Assembly: GCA_964621445.1 (NCBI GenBank)
Contig: CAZUNO010000001.1
Coordinates: forward strand, 40,496-104,495
DNA from: Candidatus Hadarchaeota archaeon
GTDB lineage: Archaea; CAYQAE01; CAYVLA01
Length of the DNA stretch: 64,000 nt
Direction: 5' to 3'
A program made the position numbers and the translations under genes. The notes beneath the pieces were generated by a model. The model saw nothing but the letters and a program-made list of their open reading frames with translations, did not search any database and was not told the origin of the DNA. The first letter of the stretch is position 1, and every line of letters starts with the position of its first letter. Positions 38,890 through 49,150 of this stretch are shown here, one piece after another.

Positions 38890-40569
38890 TCACAAGGAAT
38901 CGGATAATCTCGATATTCCCATGATAATGTGGGGAGGGGTTATCAATCCAAATACCCTTTTGTATTTTGCCTTTGAGATGTCCTTAAACGTCTGTATATC
39001 TCCCGAATTTTCGTAACCCCGCACGAAGGCCTCTACAATAGGTTTCATCTTGCTCCATCTCAGCGTATAATGACCGGAATAGTAGAGAAACTCCGCCAGA
39101 TCCCAGCTTGGATTTCCTTCTCGGATTGCCTGCTCCAGGTCAACGAACCATATATGGTCATTGGCGTCGATTATCATATTATCTGGCTTAGAATCTCCCA
39201 GGGAGGCACCAAGTGAATGTATATCTCCAATTTTCTCACCAAGTTTTTCGACATCCATCAAGGATGCTTGTCTCCCTTTTGATAGGAATTCCTTAACCAC
39301 CTCATCAAATCCTCTGCCTTCAATGTACTGTTCGATTATGGTCAATTTGGGCATGCTGATGTGGTAAATGGCGGGAACGTTAATTCCCTTGGACCCCAAA
39401 TAGCGGTTCATCTTGTATTCGTTGGCAAGGCGACGTTTGCCGGAAACATCAAAGTTCTGGGCTCCGATCGTCCACAAGGTAACTGGAACCCATTTTAGGC
39501 CGTACCAGTTCTGGTAGGACTTTGCCACAAGCTTCTTCGAAAGTTTATCGTTTTCAAGCTCCACCAGATAAACGTAGTTCAATGCTCCACCTATCCGTCT
39601 CATTGAACCCTCCCCCTCATGCCCGACTTCTGAGGAGATTATCTCCTTGACCCCTCTCTCGTCATCCATTGAAACCATGCCCCTCTCGGTCTTTAAGTAG
39701 AGAAAAGATTTTGGATCTGGCATTTCCAAGTGCAAGTCTTCAGGGGATTTCAAAGTCTCTGAGAAATCATTGAGAATCGAGCGATCGAGCAGGTCAACCG
39801 CAGTCCCATAGGCGGCCAGTCTCCTGACTGCATGTTCAACCTCTCGAAAGGGGACCAGTGCTTTTGAATTCTCACCCGGTAGATCTTGGACTAGTTTTTC
39901 AGTGGCCCGTGCATAATGGTTCAAATCAATTAACCCTGATGAATCAAGTTCCTTGAGAGCTGGAAGAAATCCGAAACTCCGGTCTTCGTTAGGATAGCCG
40001 TTCGATGAGAGATAGTTCCTTCCCGATAGCTGGCGTATCTTTATCCTCCGCTGTACTCTCTGATGGAAGAAGAAGGGGGGATCAATCAATAACTCCGTGA
40101 ATAGGCTGCCAAATCTCAAACTGAGATTATTCAATTCCTCCCTAACAACTCTCTTCTTGAACTCGGTCTCATTTCTTTGTAGGTATTCCGGGTTGCGGAG
40201 TGCCTTGTGTGGAAGAAGGAGGAAAGAGGCGACGAAATCCCCCAAGAATCCGTTTGTCACATCCTTCTCAAATAGATCTCTGGACACAATTGTGATCACA
40301 AAGTTGAGACCCTGCTTTTCAACTATCCTTCTATTGAGATGATCCTGAGGTTTCTTCAGGACCAACAGGATTTCCACAGAGTTTTGGGTTTCGGTGAAAG
40401 AAGTAAGGAAACATGAGGCTTCAGGGACCTCAAAATTTGTGGAAATGATTTGTGATATTATTTCTTTGACCCTGGTAGGAGACAACGACCCACTTTCGAC
40501 ATGAAGACTTATTTCTCTTCCCTTAAGATCAAGAAAGATTATAAAAGCCGCCCTTGTCTGAGCCTTCAA
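38890..40569 (-). CDS. Protein with C-terminal atypical kinase domain (Kdo/RIO/Bud32-like) and uncharacterised N-terminal region
   Basis: VAK lysine, RLANE, EQYIEG hinge, LGDSKPDN catalytic loop, FVDLE and WDLAEF. The true start may be later (TTG at 40485). Confidence 0.75.
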   Translation of the reverse strand: MKAQTRAAFIIFLDLKGREISLHVESGSLSPTRVKEIISQIISTNFEVPEASCFLTSFTETQNSVEILLVLKKPQDHLNRRIVEKQGLNFVITIVSRDLFEKDVTNGFLGDFVASFLLLPHKALRNPEYLQRNETEFKKRVVREELNNLSLRFGSLFTELLIDPPFFFHQRVQRRIKIRQLSGRNYLSSNGYPNEDRSFGFLPALKELDSSGLIDLNHYARATEKLVQDLPGENSKALVPFREVEHAVRRLAAYGTAVDLLDRSILNDFSETLKSPEDLHLEMPDPKSFLYLKTERGMVSMDDERGVKEIISSEVGHEGEGSMRRIGGALNYVYLVELENDKLSKKLVAKSYQNWYGLKWVPVTLWTIGAQNFDVSGKRRLANEYKMNRYLGSKGINVPAIYHISMPKLTIIEQYIEGRGFDEVVKEFLSKGRQASLMDVEKLGEKIGDIHSLGASLGDSKPDNMIIDANDHIWFVDLEQAIREGNPSWDLAEFLYYSGHYTLRWSKMKPIVEAFVRGYENSGDIQTFKDISKAKYKRVFGLITPPHIIMGISRLSDSL

Positions 40570-40593
40570 GCAGGCAAACGAAGTTGGAAAAGA

Positions 40594-41382
40594 ATGGATC
40601 TAATCGCTCTAGGAGTAGTGGCCGCAGCGGTAGGGACTCTAGCAGCCATGGTTGGAGTTGGCGGCGGCTTTCTAATCGTGCCAATGTTGGTGCTGATATG
40701 GGGTCTCTCAATGCAGGATGCGGCCGGCACCAGCTTAATAATGATAATATTCACCTCGCTTTCATCCACTCTTGCTTTTTGGAGGCAAAAGAGAATAGAT
40801 TATAGAACGGGTGGAATCCTGGCCATCGCCAACGTGCCCGGTGCTCTTTTCGGGGCCTACGTAACGAGTATGGTGGAATCCCTTATTCTTGAGGCTTTTC
40901 TGGGTATACTGCTAATGGGCCTGGGGATAAGAATGGTGGTTTGCACCGAACTCCCGGAAAAGAGTTCGGATGAATGCACGGTAAGGATGGTTGGGTCGGA
41001 GGGACAGGTTTTCGAGTATGCCCCAAAGTTGAAATGGGGGGTGCCTGGCACCTTCCTGGCCGGCGTTACCTCCGGCTTATTTGGAATCGGGGGAGGGATA
41101 CTGGATGTACCCCTCCTTAGGCTTGGTGTGGGCATACCTATGCATATAGCTTGTGCCACCTCCATGTTCATAATGATATTAACATCCCTCTCAGCGGGCC
41201 TGACCCATGCCATGCTGGGTCATGCAAGACTGGATTACGCCATACCACTTGTCATCGGAATTATTATCGGGACCCAGATAGGAGCTTTGCTGGCCCGCAG
41301 AACCAAGGCCAAGATCTTGGAGAATATATTGGGCATCTGCCTCCTCGTAGTGGGTGCGAGGATGATCTATAGCCTTATCTGA
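40594..41382 (+). CDS. TauE/SafE (TSUP) family permease
   Basis: Duplicated GVGGGFLIVP / GIGGGILDVP motifs with A.GTSL and A.ATS. Confidence 0.92.
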   Translation: MDLIALGVVAAAVGTLAAMVGVGGGFLIVPMLVLIWGLSMQDAAGTSLIMIIFTSLSSTLAFWRQKRIDYRTGGILAIANVPGALFGAYVTSMVESLILEAFLGILLMGLGIRMVVCTELPEKSSDECTVRMVGSEGQVFEYAPKLKWGVPGTFLAGVTSGLFGIGGGILDVPLLRLGVGIPMHIACATSMFIMILTSLSAGLTHAMLGHARLDYAIPLVIGIIIGTQIGALLARRTKAKILENILGICLLVVGARMIYSLI

Positions 41383-41451
41383 TGATCTGACTTGCTCAGT
41401 CTCCATAAAAAAAGATTTAATGACCAAATTCTGGAATGGATCAGTGATCAA

Positions 41452-43395
41452 ATGTTAAAAATGTACAAATCCTTACTACTAATCCTGCCGCTGATCATGG
41501 CAATCCCTGGAATTCAGGCTTTTAGCGAGGTTAGGGTCATGGCGCCCGCCGTGGCCCAGACCTCACAGGGATGGGTGGGAGTTCCTTCCTACATCACGAT
41601 ATGGACCGAGGAAGGAGAAGGGGGGGTTTTCGTTGATACCTATCCCTTTACTCAGGTGGATACCCAAGGTTCCGCCCGACTAGCGGCAGATGTGGCAGCA
41701 TCCATTGCCAACGTCGACCTTTCCGATGTTGATATCTACGTTAAAATTAGATCGGATTCCCCTGTAATAGGAGGCCCGTCTGCAGGAGGAACCCTTGCAG
41801 TGGCTATCCTGGCATCTCTTCTTAATCGTAGCGTGGATCCCGCAGTTGTTATGACCGGGACGGTAAATCCTGATGGCAGTATTGGCCCCATAGGGGGAGT
41901 TGTTCAGAAGGCCGAGGCGGCACACTCAATAGGTGCTCGTGCATTCTTAGTGCCCATGGGACAAACCCAGGCCAGAGAGAACCCAAACAGCATGAATGTG
42001 GTTGATGTCGAGGAGTATGCAAGGGAACACTGGAATCTAACCGTCCACGAAATCGAGGACGTGAGGGAGGCAGCGAAGTATATGCTGGGGATTGAGATCA
42101 AAAGGCCCGGCGGAGGCGAGGATATAAACCTTGAGAAGTACAACGAGATAATGAATGAAGCATCACAGGATATGCTTGATTCGGCACGTGACCTGGCTGA
42201 TCGTGCCAAGAACCAATTGGATGATGCAGGTCTGGGATATTCACAAGAACAGCATCTCAGGCTATATTCAGACGATTCGCTGACCAAGATCGAGGATGCG
42301 GAAAGCGCTAGAGACGAGGAAGAATTCTATCGGAGTGCTAGCCTGGCTTTCCAGTCGAAGATAAACGCTACCTATGTGATCAATACTCTGGATTATCTTG
42401 GCAGTCGGAGAAAGATCGAGATAAAGAATATCATAGATTCCGTCGAAGAGAGAGTTCAACAAATACTAAGCGCAGTGAATTCAACCTCCTATACCAGCGT
42501 GACTGCTTTCGAATGCTATGCAGCCGGGGAGAAAAGAATCCAGGACGCATATCAACAATTGGACAACGCCTACGAGCATTACTATCAGGGATATTATGAG
42601 GAGGCACTTCATAGAATCTCATACATAGAACAAAGGGCCGAAAGCGCTCTTTGGTGGACGAGTTTATGTCAGGAATTTGAGGGAGATGCCGATTTTAACA
42701 GGACGGTTTTACGCGATGTAGCTCAACAATATATAGCCGATGTGGAATATCTGATAGCCTACGCCGAGTCCATGGGGACTAGCCTTCAGGGAGGGCTACT
42801 CTCGACTGGAGCCAACATCCTGGATGACGTACGGCGTGAATTTGAGGACGGAGCCTACGCAGCGGCGATATTGGGCAGTCTAGATGCCCGTTCGTACGTA
42901 AACGCCCATCTCGAATTGGCGGCTTTTTCCACCTCGGAAAACAAGCTGGCCGAGGTTCTTGCTCAGAAGGTGGAGAGAGAACGTGAGATGGCTCGTTCAT
43001 CCATTTCTAATAGCAGGGAATTCGGAGTCAACCCCATTCTAGCATTGAGTCACCTAGAATTTGGTGAGTCCTTTGCGGATCAGGTCGATCCTGACGCTGG
43101 TCCTGGTAACAGGATAAGTGGCCTGCTGGAGGCACTGCTTGAGTTGCGTTATGCAAGGCTCATAGCCGAGATGTCACCGATAATCTCGGATAGACTGGGA
43201 AGGGAAGAGGGAGACCAGGAGAAACCGGTGATCGAGCCCTATGATGGTGAAACCAAGACGGTGTACAAGACCAGGATTGGGCACCTGGCAGCGGCTGCCG
43301 TGGTCTTCCTGGCCATTGGTCTTATCATTGGGTCCATTGCTGGAAGGCACGGTGGGTCTAGAGGTGGAAATGAGAGCAGGTTTGATCGGGAGTGA
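41452..43395 (+). CDS. Archaeal secreted, membrane-anchored S16 (Lon-type protease domain) serine protease
   Basis: Signal peptide; DTQGSAR, GGPSAG (catalytic Ser) and MTGTVNPDGSIGPIGG..QK (catalytic Lys); C-terminal TM. Confidence 0.88.
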   Translation: MLKMYKSLLLILPLIMAIPGIQAFSEVRVMAPAVAQTSQGWVGVPSYITIWTEEGEGGVFVDTYPFTQVDTQGSARLAADVAASIANVDLSDVDIYVKIRSDSPVIGGPSAGGTLAVAILASLLNRSVDPAVVMTGTVNPDGSIGPIGGVVQKAEAAHSIGARAFLVPMGQTQARENPNSMNVVDVEEYAREHWNLTVHEIEDVREAAKYMLGIEIKRPGGGEDINLEKYNEIMNEASQDMLDSARDLADRAKNQLDDAGLGYSQEQHLRLYSDDSLTKIEDAESARDEEEFYRSASLAFQSKINATYVINTLDYLGSRRKIEIKNIIDSVEERVQQILSAVNSTSYTSVTAFECYAAGEKRIQDAYQQLDNAYEHYYQGYYEEALHRISYIEQRAESALWWTSLCQEFEGDADFNRTVLRDVAQQYIADVEYLIAYAESMGTSLQGGLLSTGANILDDVRREFEDGAYAAAILGSLDARSYVNAHLELAAFSTSENKLAEVLAQKVEREREMARSSISNSREFGVNPILALSHLEFGESFADQVDPDAGPGNRISGLLEALLELRYARLIAEMSPIISDRLGREEGDQEKPVIEPYDGETKTVYKTRIGHLAAAAVVFLAIGLIIGSIAGRHGGSRGGNESRFDRE

Positions 43396-43964
43396 CACCG
43401 ATTAAGATCATTTACGTGGTGGGACGATCAAATGTCGGAAAATCCCAGCTTCTGAGGGCACTCACCGGCGAGAGCGTACCGGTGGGAAAAAGACCGGGGG
43501 TCACTACAAGCCCCGTTGAGGTGATATCGGGACCCCTTAGGTACGTGGATATGGCCGGTTTCGGTTTCATGAAGGGCACTCCCCGGCGGAAAAGGGAGAG
43601 AATCAAGGCAGATATAGTGCGGGAAATCGAGGAGGAGAGCGAGAACATCGATCTTGCCCTACTGGTTTTGGATGCAAAGGTTTTCTCGGATATATTCGAC
43701 AGGTGGGAGTCCCGCGGAGAGATACCCATCGGTGTTGAATTACATGATTTCTTATTGGAGCTCGATATTCCCTTGATAATAGTGGCCAATAAGATGGACA
43801 AGGTGTCGGACCCTGATTGGAAGCTTGATGGGATTTGCGACAGGCTTGGCTATCTCCCGCCCTGGAGACAATGGGGCGATGTCATTGTGCCAGTTTCCGC
43901 GAAAGGCGGGGAAGGCATAAGTTGTCTGAAGCAGCTAATTGCCAAAAAGTTAGGTCTGAGCTAA
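43392..43964 (+). CDS. engB: GTP-binding protein EngB
   Basis: Motifs GRSNVGKS, RPGVT, DMAGFG, NKMD and PPWRQW. Confidence 0.92.
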   Translation: MTPIKIIYVVGRSNVGKSQLLRALTGESVPVGKRPGVTTSPVEVISGPLRYVDMAGFGFMKGTPRRKRERIKADIVREIEEESENIDLALLVLDAKVFSDIFDRWESRGEIPIGVELHDFLLELDIPLIIVANKMDKVSDPDWKLDGICDRLGYLPPWRQWGDVIVPVSAKGGEGISCLKQLIAKKLGLS

Positions 43965-44272
43965 CCCACTCGGGGGGCCTTGATGTAATCATCTTCCTTC
44001 TCCGGAGCGTTTTCAAGAACTTCCTCCTGGGGCAGGGACTCCTTTTCCTCATCCTTACGGAAGACGTTGTATACGTCCATCACGTGGGTGGTGGGCTCCA
44101 CATCTTCCAGTTCAAGTTCATCAATTTTCTTGAAATACTCCAGTATCCTGTCCAGTTGGTCACTGAAGGTATTCTTTTGGTCCTCGGTAAGCTCTATCTT
44201 GGCCAGTTCCGCGATGTGCTCGACCTCTTCCTTAGTTATGAGATGACGGTCTTGGCTGGCTTCCTGGGTCAT
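43961..44272 (-). CDS. gatC: Asp/Glu-tRNA amidotransferase subunit C
   Basis: ITKEEVEHIAELA..ILEYF..VEPT..NVFRKD..NAP..APR pattern. Confidence 0.93.
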   Translation of the reverse strand: MTQEASQDRHLITKEEVEHIAELAKIELTEDQKNTFSDQLDRILEYFKKIDELELEDVEPTTHVMDVYNVFRKDEEKESLPQEEVLENAPEKEDDYIKAPRVG

Positions 44273-44369
44273 AATCTGCACTTGGTGGGGTTAAACAAAT
44301 ATATTTTGCTACATTGGCAACCCGGGAAACCATTATTAGAACTAAGAGGGATGGGAGATCGGTGCTAAA

Positions 44370-44600
44370 ATGGTCGAGGCCTTCGTCCTTATCACGGCTA
44401 AACCCGGAGCAGAATCGGGGTTAGTGAAGCGATTGGTGACTCTGGATAGGGTGCAAGATGCTTGGGCGGTTTATGGGGAGTATGACGTCATCGCACTGGT
44501 TAGCGTACAGGACCTGGAAAATCTAGACTCCTTTGTAACCGCGGAGATTAGAACCATGAAGGACGTTCAGTTCACGTCGACCATGATTTGCGTTCGTTAA
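44370..44600 (+). CDS. Stand-alone Lrp/AsnC ligand-binding (RAM) domain protein
   Basis: Motifs AFVLI, VYGEYDVIA and TSTMI; no HTH. Confidence 0.88.
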   Translation: MVEAFVLITAKPGAESGLVKRLVTLDRVQDAWAVYGEYDVIALVSVQDLENLDSFVTAEIRTMKDVQFTSTMICVR

Positions 44601-44601
44601 T

Positions 44602-44823
44602 TCATACCATTTCGCTTTTCTTGGCGTAATACTGAGCAGCTCCGATAAGGGCTAAACCCACAATCATGACAAGTATGCTGAAAATCCAACTTACCTCTTC
44701 GGGCTTGTACATGTTGAGGAGTTTTCCCTCAAAACTCACCAGCTTTAGAACCACGGTTAGTATGCCAAAGCCAGCGAGGAATATACCGAAAAGCCCGAGA
44801 AAATTGACGATGATTTCTATCAA
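44602..44823 (-). CDS. Small hypothetical membrane protein (2 TM helices)
   Basis: Two hydrophobic helices; GGTGG ribosome-binding site before TTG. Confidence 0.55.
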   Translation of the reverse strand: MIEIIVNFLGLFGIFLAGFGILTVVLKLVSFEGKLLNMYKPEEVSWIFSILVMIVGLALIGAAQYYAKKSEMV

Positions 44824-44879
44824 GCTAGGGCACCACCTAGCGGACTCAATGTATTGTACTTAAATATTTTGAGTAGAAA

Positions 44880-46367
44880 TCATGAATAGAGTTTAAAGGC
44901 CCGGGGCACGGCCTCAGAAACATCGGTTGGGATGATACGGCATCCCTTTTCCTCCGAGGCAAGTTCACCCGCTTTGCCCGTAATAAAGCATGCGGCAGCG
45001 GCTGATCTAAATGGTGAATTTCCCTTGGCCAGCAGAGCTCCGGCAACCCCAGTCAGACAGTCCCCTGTTCCGCCCACGGTCATGCAGGCGTTCCCGGTCT
45101 TGTTGATCTTAATCAGGTCCTTCCTGGCGATCAGGTCCTGATGACCCTTTACCACCCACGTGCAGTTGGTTCTTGAGGACCATTTCATAACAACTTTCTT
45201 CCTCTTTTTAAGCTCCTTCGGCAGAGGATCATCCGTAATGGTCTTAAACTCACCGCTGTGGGGAGTTATTATGGTGGAAGCCCTGAGATCTTCAACCGTG
45301 TTCCGAATTGCTTTCAGGCCATCGGCATCTATGACCAGTGGTGTGGAGCCTAGCTCACGGACTATTTGCCTGGCGGCCTGGGCTGTCTCCCCATCGATTC
45401 CAAGACCAGGGCCTATGCACACGGCATCAGCCCTGGCGGCCATATCCAGTATCATGTCGACTGATTCCATGTCAAGGTTACCTCCTGGATAGGACCTGCA
45501 TATCAGTGAAGGTGAGTAACTGGCCACGATATTCCTAATGGATTCCGGAACGGCCAGGTAAACGAGATCAATCCCGGCTCTAAGTGCCGAGATCGCGGAT
45601 ATGGCTGGAGCGCCATGATAGTATTGGCTCCCCCCTACGACCAGAAGGGTGCCGTTTTCTCCCTTGTGGGAATCATCAGCCCGGTTGTTCTGGACGAAAA
45701 ATAGGTCGCCGGGCCCGACAACGGTTTCCGCCTCCTCAGGGATGCCGATATCGGCGACGACCAATTCACCTATATTTCCCGGTTCCTTACCGTGGCCGTG
45801 TTTGGGTCGGTGAAAGGTAATGGTTAAACTGGATTTGAAGAATTCGCCCTCTGGAATTCCGTTTTCGGAATCCACTCCGGTAGGAAGGTCTACTGCAACC
45901 TTGAACGCAGATGTCCGGGATGCTATCTGGACCAGGGATGAAATTGGTTCACGTGGAGATCCCTTGGCACCCGTTCCCAGCAGGGCGTCCACTATCACAT
46001 CATGCCCTCCAATCCATTTCTGGAAGTCATCCCGTAATAATAGGGAGGAATCATGGAGGGAACGCAGTTCGATATTCATTTCCCGGGTGATCTTGGAGTT
46101 ACGTTTTGCCTCACCCCGTTTGGGCTCTCCAGCCTGAATTATTGATACCCGCAATCCGGCATTTCGCAGATGCCTCGCTGCAACGTACCCGTCCCCGCCG
46201 TTATTTCCGGGTCCACAGAGAACAAGAGCAGAGGAGGCATCCGTCCTTTTCAATATCTCTTGGGCGACCTGTGTGCCCGCATTTTCCATTAGGCATATGG
46301 GTTCAATTCCCAGACTCCGGGAGTTCCTGTCGATCGCGGACATCTCCAGGGCCGATATCGTCCTCAA
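44880..46367 (-). CDS. nnr: Bifunctional NAD(P)HX epimerase/dehydratase
   Basis: Motifs LMENAG, GPGNNGGDG, VDALLGTG, SHKGENG, IDADG, TPHSGEF and GGTGD. Confidence 0.95.
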   Translation of the reverse strand: MRTISALEMSAIDRNSRSLGIEPICLMENAGTQVAQEILKRTDASSALVLCGPGNNGGDGYVAARHLRNAGLRVSIIQAGEPKRGEAKRNSKITREMNIELRSLHDSSLLLRDDFQKWIGGHDVIVDALLGTGAKGSPREPISSLVQIASRTSAFKVAVDLPTGVDSENGIPEGEFFKSSLTITFHRPKHGHGKEPGNIGELVVADIGIPEEAETVVGPGDLFFVQNNRADDSHKGENGTLLVVGGSQYYHGAPAISAISALRAGIDLVYLAVPESIRNIVASYSPSLICRSYPGGNLDMESVDMILDMAARADAVCIGPGLGIDGETAQAARQIVRELGSTPLVIDADGLKAIRNTVEDLRASTIITPHSGEFKTITDDPLPKELKKRKKVVMKWSSRTNCTWVVKGHQDLIARKDLIKINKTGNACMTVGGTGDCLTGVAGALLAKGNSPFRSAAAACFITGKAGELASEEKGCRIIPTDVSEAVPRAFKLYS

Positions 46368-46483
46368 GATTATCCCATCACTGATTAAGAATTATCGGTT
46401 AAATGTGTCACCGACTGAAGGGCCGAAATGGGTAGCTACTTTTATGTTTGTTAGAACGATAATTCGACGTAAGAGGAAGGAGA

Positions 46484-47533
46484 ATGAAAGATACTGTCTA
46501 TGGTCCCATGGTGCTTGGTTATCTGGAAAGGCTTTACGGAGAGGGAAAAAGGCGGTATTCCTGCCGGGCCAAGAACAGCGATGAATTTTCCGACTGGCAG
46601 TTTGAGGCAAGGGAGGAATTGAGAAGGCTACTTGGCCTGACTAGGATAGAACGGGAAAACATCAAGCATGAGGTCAAGGTGGAACTGGAGGAGCCTGAGG
46701 AGCTGGATGGATATACCAAACAAAGGGGGTCAATAGTTACCGAGCCCTACGTAACCATACGCTTCTGGCTGCTTCGTCCCGATGGTAGAGGTCCCCATCC
46801 GTTGGGAATCTTCCCTCATGGGCATGCGGATTTTGGCATGAATTCATATGCAGGCGTGTTCAGGGACCGGGAGCACCGTGAACACGTCAACAGACAGGAT
46901 CGCGATGTTGCTGTCCAGGCGGTAAAACGGGGATATCTGGCAATAGCTCCCAATACCAGGGGTTTCCGCCCGGCCGCCGTCCCTGACATAAGTAAGCGGC
47001 ATGGGGGGAGGGACTGTCGTAGCCAGTTGATCCACTGTATTCTTGGGGGCCGGACCCCGGTTGGGGAGAGAGTCTGGGATGTCCAGAATTTAATTAACTG
47101 GGCAACCGGAATGGAAGATGTTGACCCGGAAAGGATACTGGTTATGGGCAACTCGGGAGGGGGTGTGGTTACAATATATACCGCGGCATGTGACCAAAGG
47201 GTGAAGGTAGCGGTTCCCAGCTGTTCTTTCTGCACGATAGTTGGGAGAAACGGAATGGTCCACCATTGCGACTGCAATTCGGTTCCCGGGATAATGACTT
47301 TTGGTGAGCTCTACGATGTAGCGGGTCTAATAGCTCCTCGTCATCTGTGCGTGGTTAATGGAAAAAAGGATTCATTATTTCCCGTATCCGAGGTTGATAG
47401 AGCGGTGAAAGAGCTACGCAGGATCTACGATGTGGCCGGGGTGCCGGATAGATTTCGGCATTCATATGGAGAGGGTGGCCATAGGTTCTATTCGGACCTA
47501 ATGTGGCCTTTTATTGAGGATGCCCGGTGTTGA
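46484..47533 (+). CDS. Alpha/beta hydrolase (dienelactone hydrolase / acetyl esterase-like)
   Basis: HGH, GNSGGG nucleophile elbow, LIAPR, G.KD.LFP and GGH. Confidence 0.85.
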   Translation: MKDTVYGPMVLGYLERLYGEGKRRYSCRAKNSDEFSDWQFEAREELRRLLGLTRIERENIKHEVKVELEEPEELDGYTKQRGSIVTEPYVTIRFWLLRPDGRGPHPLGIFPHGHADFGMNSYAGVFRDREHREHVNRQDRDVAVQAVKRGYLAIAPNTRGFRPAAVPDISKRHGGRDCRSQLIHCILGGRTPVGERVWDVQNLINWATGMEDVDPERILVMGNSGGGVVTIYTAACDQRVKVAVPSCSFCTIVGRNGMVHHCDCNSVPGIMTFGELYDVAGLIAPRHLCVVNGKKDSLFPVSEVDRAVKELRRIYDVAGVPDRFRHSYGEGGHRFYSDLMWPFIEDARC

Positions 47534-47539
47534 ATAATA

Positions 47540-48064
47540 ATGGAATTGAAGCACGGAAGCCAGTTCAATCTTCTTGTATCAACTGGGAGGAATCTGGAGG
47601 ATAGATGCATATTTACCATTAAAGTCCTTCTATCCGATTCCTTCCCGGATCTAGAGGCAGAGGCGACCCCCTTCAGCGGCTTAGTAGCTGTCTGGGTTAA
47701 AGGGGAAAATAGAGAGGCAATCAGGGATCTAGCCAGGAGGATGGAGATTGAGCCCTGGCATAATGATGTAATTAAGAGAATGGTTCCCGTGGATGAAGTG
47801 GTCGATAGCGATCCATCGCTAATTGTAGCTGCCTGTTCAAGATTGAGTAGTAGATTCCAGCCCCAACAAGAGGAAAAATTCAGGGTCAGGATAAGGAGGA
47901 GGGGTTCCAATATTGAGCGTATGGAACTCATCGATTCGATCGCGGACCTGTTCGATAACTCTGTTGACCTAGAACATCCTGATTTTGAGGTCAGAGTGGA
48001 AATCATTCGGGATGTAGCCGGGGTGTGTTTTATAAGGAAGGGCGAGATGTTCCCGAATCTTTAG
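47540..48064 (+). CDS. THUMP-domain RNA-binding protein
   Basis: KFRVRIRRRG and VDLEHPD..V.VEI motifs. Confidence 0.85.
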   Translation: MELKHGSQFNLLVSTGRNLEDRCIFTIKVLLSDSFPDLEAEATPFSGLVAVWVKGENREAIRDLARRMEIEPWHNDVIKRMVPVDEVVDSDPSLIVAACSRLSSRFQPQQEEKFRVRIRRRGSNIERMELIDSIADLFDNSVDLEHPDFEVRVEIIRDVAGVCFIRKGEMFPNL

Positions 48065-48996
48065 GTCTCTTTCTTCTCCTTGATAATGCCTGAGAGGTCT
48101 CTTTTCCCGTCCATTTCATCCAATTCTTCCTTACAAAGTATTGGAACTCCTTTCAGGCTTTTTTCGCACCTCTCGTCATTGCTGACCATGAAGCTTGCTA
48201 TGTCTACGGTATGGGAGAGCTTGGAGATTAGATTTACGTGTCTTCGAAGGCTGCTGTATTGGTCGAAAACGGCGGCCAAAAGCTGGCTATCGGATTCCCG
48301 GGCAACGGCGTCAAATGGGGTTCTTGGGGTGGTGTATACACCGAAACCCAGGCGGGTTAATTGGGAGAGGACTAGGTTCAGAAGATCATTGTCAACGGCT
48401 CTATCCGGCTCCAGGTCCATGTTTACTCTTTTTAACACCTGGACGGGCCGGACGAGGTCAACCCCCAGCTCGTCGACTAGCGCCATAGCAGTGTCCACGG
48501 TGGCGTTACCCCCATGTTCGTAGCTATACACTGATTCCCTGCTTACGCCGATTCTTTCCGCTACTTGACGGAGTGAGAGTCCTTTCCGTTTTCTTTCCCG
48601 ACGAAGAGCCTCGCCGTCAATCTGAACATAGTATCCTCCCTTGGTCCCAAAAATAAGAGGCATGGAGGAATTTTCAACCAGCATTCTCAAGGTATCAATG
48701 TTGAGAGCGGGCAGGTCGTATCTTTCGTGGACCACATCATCCTCGATCTTTTCTGTTCTCGTGCGATCCCCGATTATCAGGGGATAGGCAGATATGAGAT
48801 GACAGAGGCGTTTTAGCTGCTCGGCCTGGGCAGGATACATACTGTCCACATTTATGAGTATTTTCAACATCAATACAAGTTTCCTGCTGGCGGCTATGTC
48901 GAAGCAGTATGAGCCATATGGCACGACTCTGGATATATTGAAGTCCGCTTCCTTCAATGTTTCAATGACCTGGGAGACGAGTTCCTGCTTCCTCAC
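48061..48996 (-). CDS. Archaeal HTH transcriptional regulator (COG1395-like)
   Basis: CFDIAA, KIL.NVD, GGYYVQIDG, XRE-type HTH GVSRESVYSYE and TPFDA; divergent from tiaS, as in many archaea. Confidence 0.88.
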   Translation of the reverse strand: MRKQELVSQVIETLKEADFNISRVVPYGSYCFDIAASRKLVLMLKILINVDSMYPAQAEQLKRLCHLISAYPLIIGDRTRTEKIEDDVVHERYDLPALNIDTLRMLVENSSMPLIFGTKGGYYVQIDGEALRRERKRKGLSLRQVAERIGVSRESVYSYEHGGNATVDTAMALVDELGVDLVRPVQVLKRVNMDLEPDRAVDNDLLNLVLSQLTRLGFGVYTTPRTPFDAVARESDSQLLAAVFDQYSSLRRHVNLISKLSHTVDIASFMVSNDERCEKSLKGVPILCKEELDEMDGKRDLSGIIKEKKET

Positions 48997-49150
48997 GGAC
49001 TAATGGACTCAGGAGAAATATTTAAAGTTTTTTACGAGCAAGGAGAAATTCCAGACCTCGAAGTGCAAAAATATGTTTCCAGAGCTCTCTAATGGGCAAT
49101 ATACGGGCCAGGAATTCTATTTTCGATCCGGAAAGCCATTTTTGGCTGTT

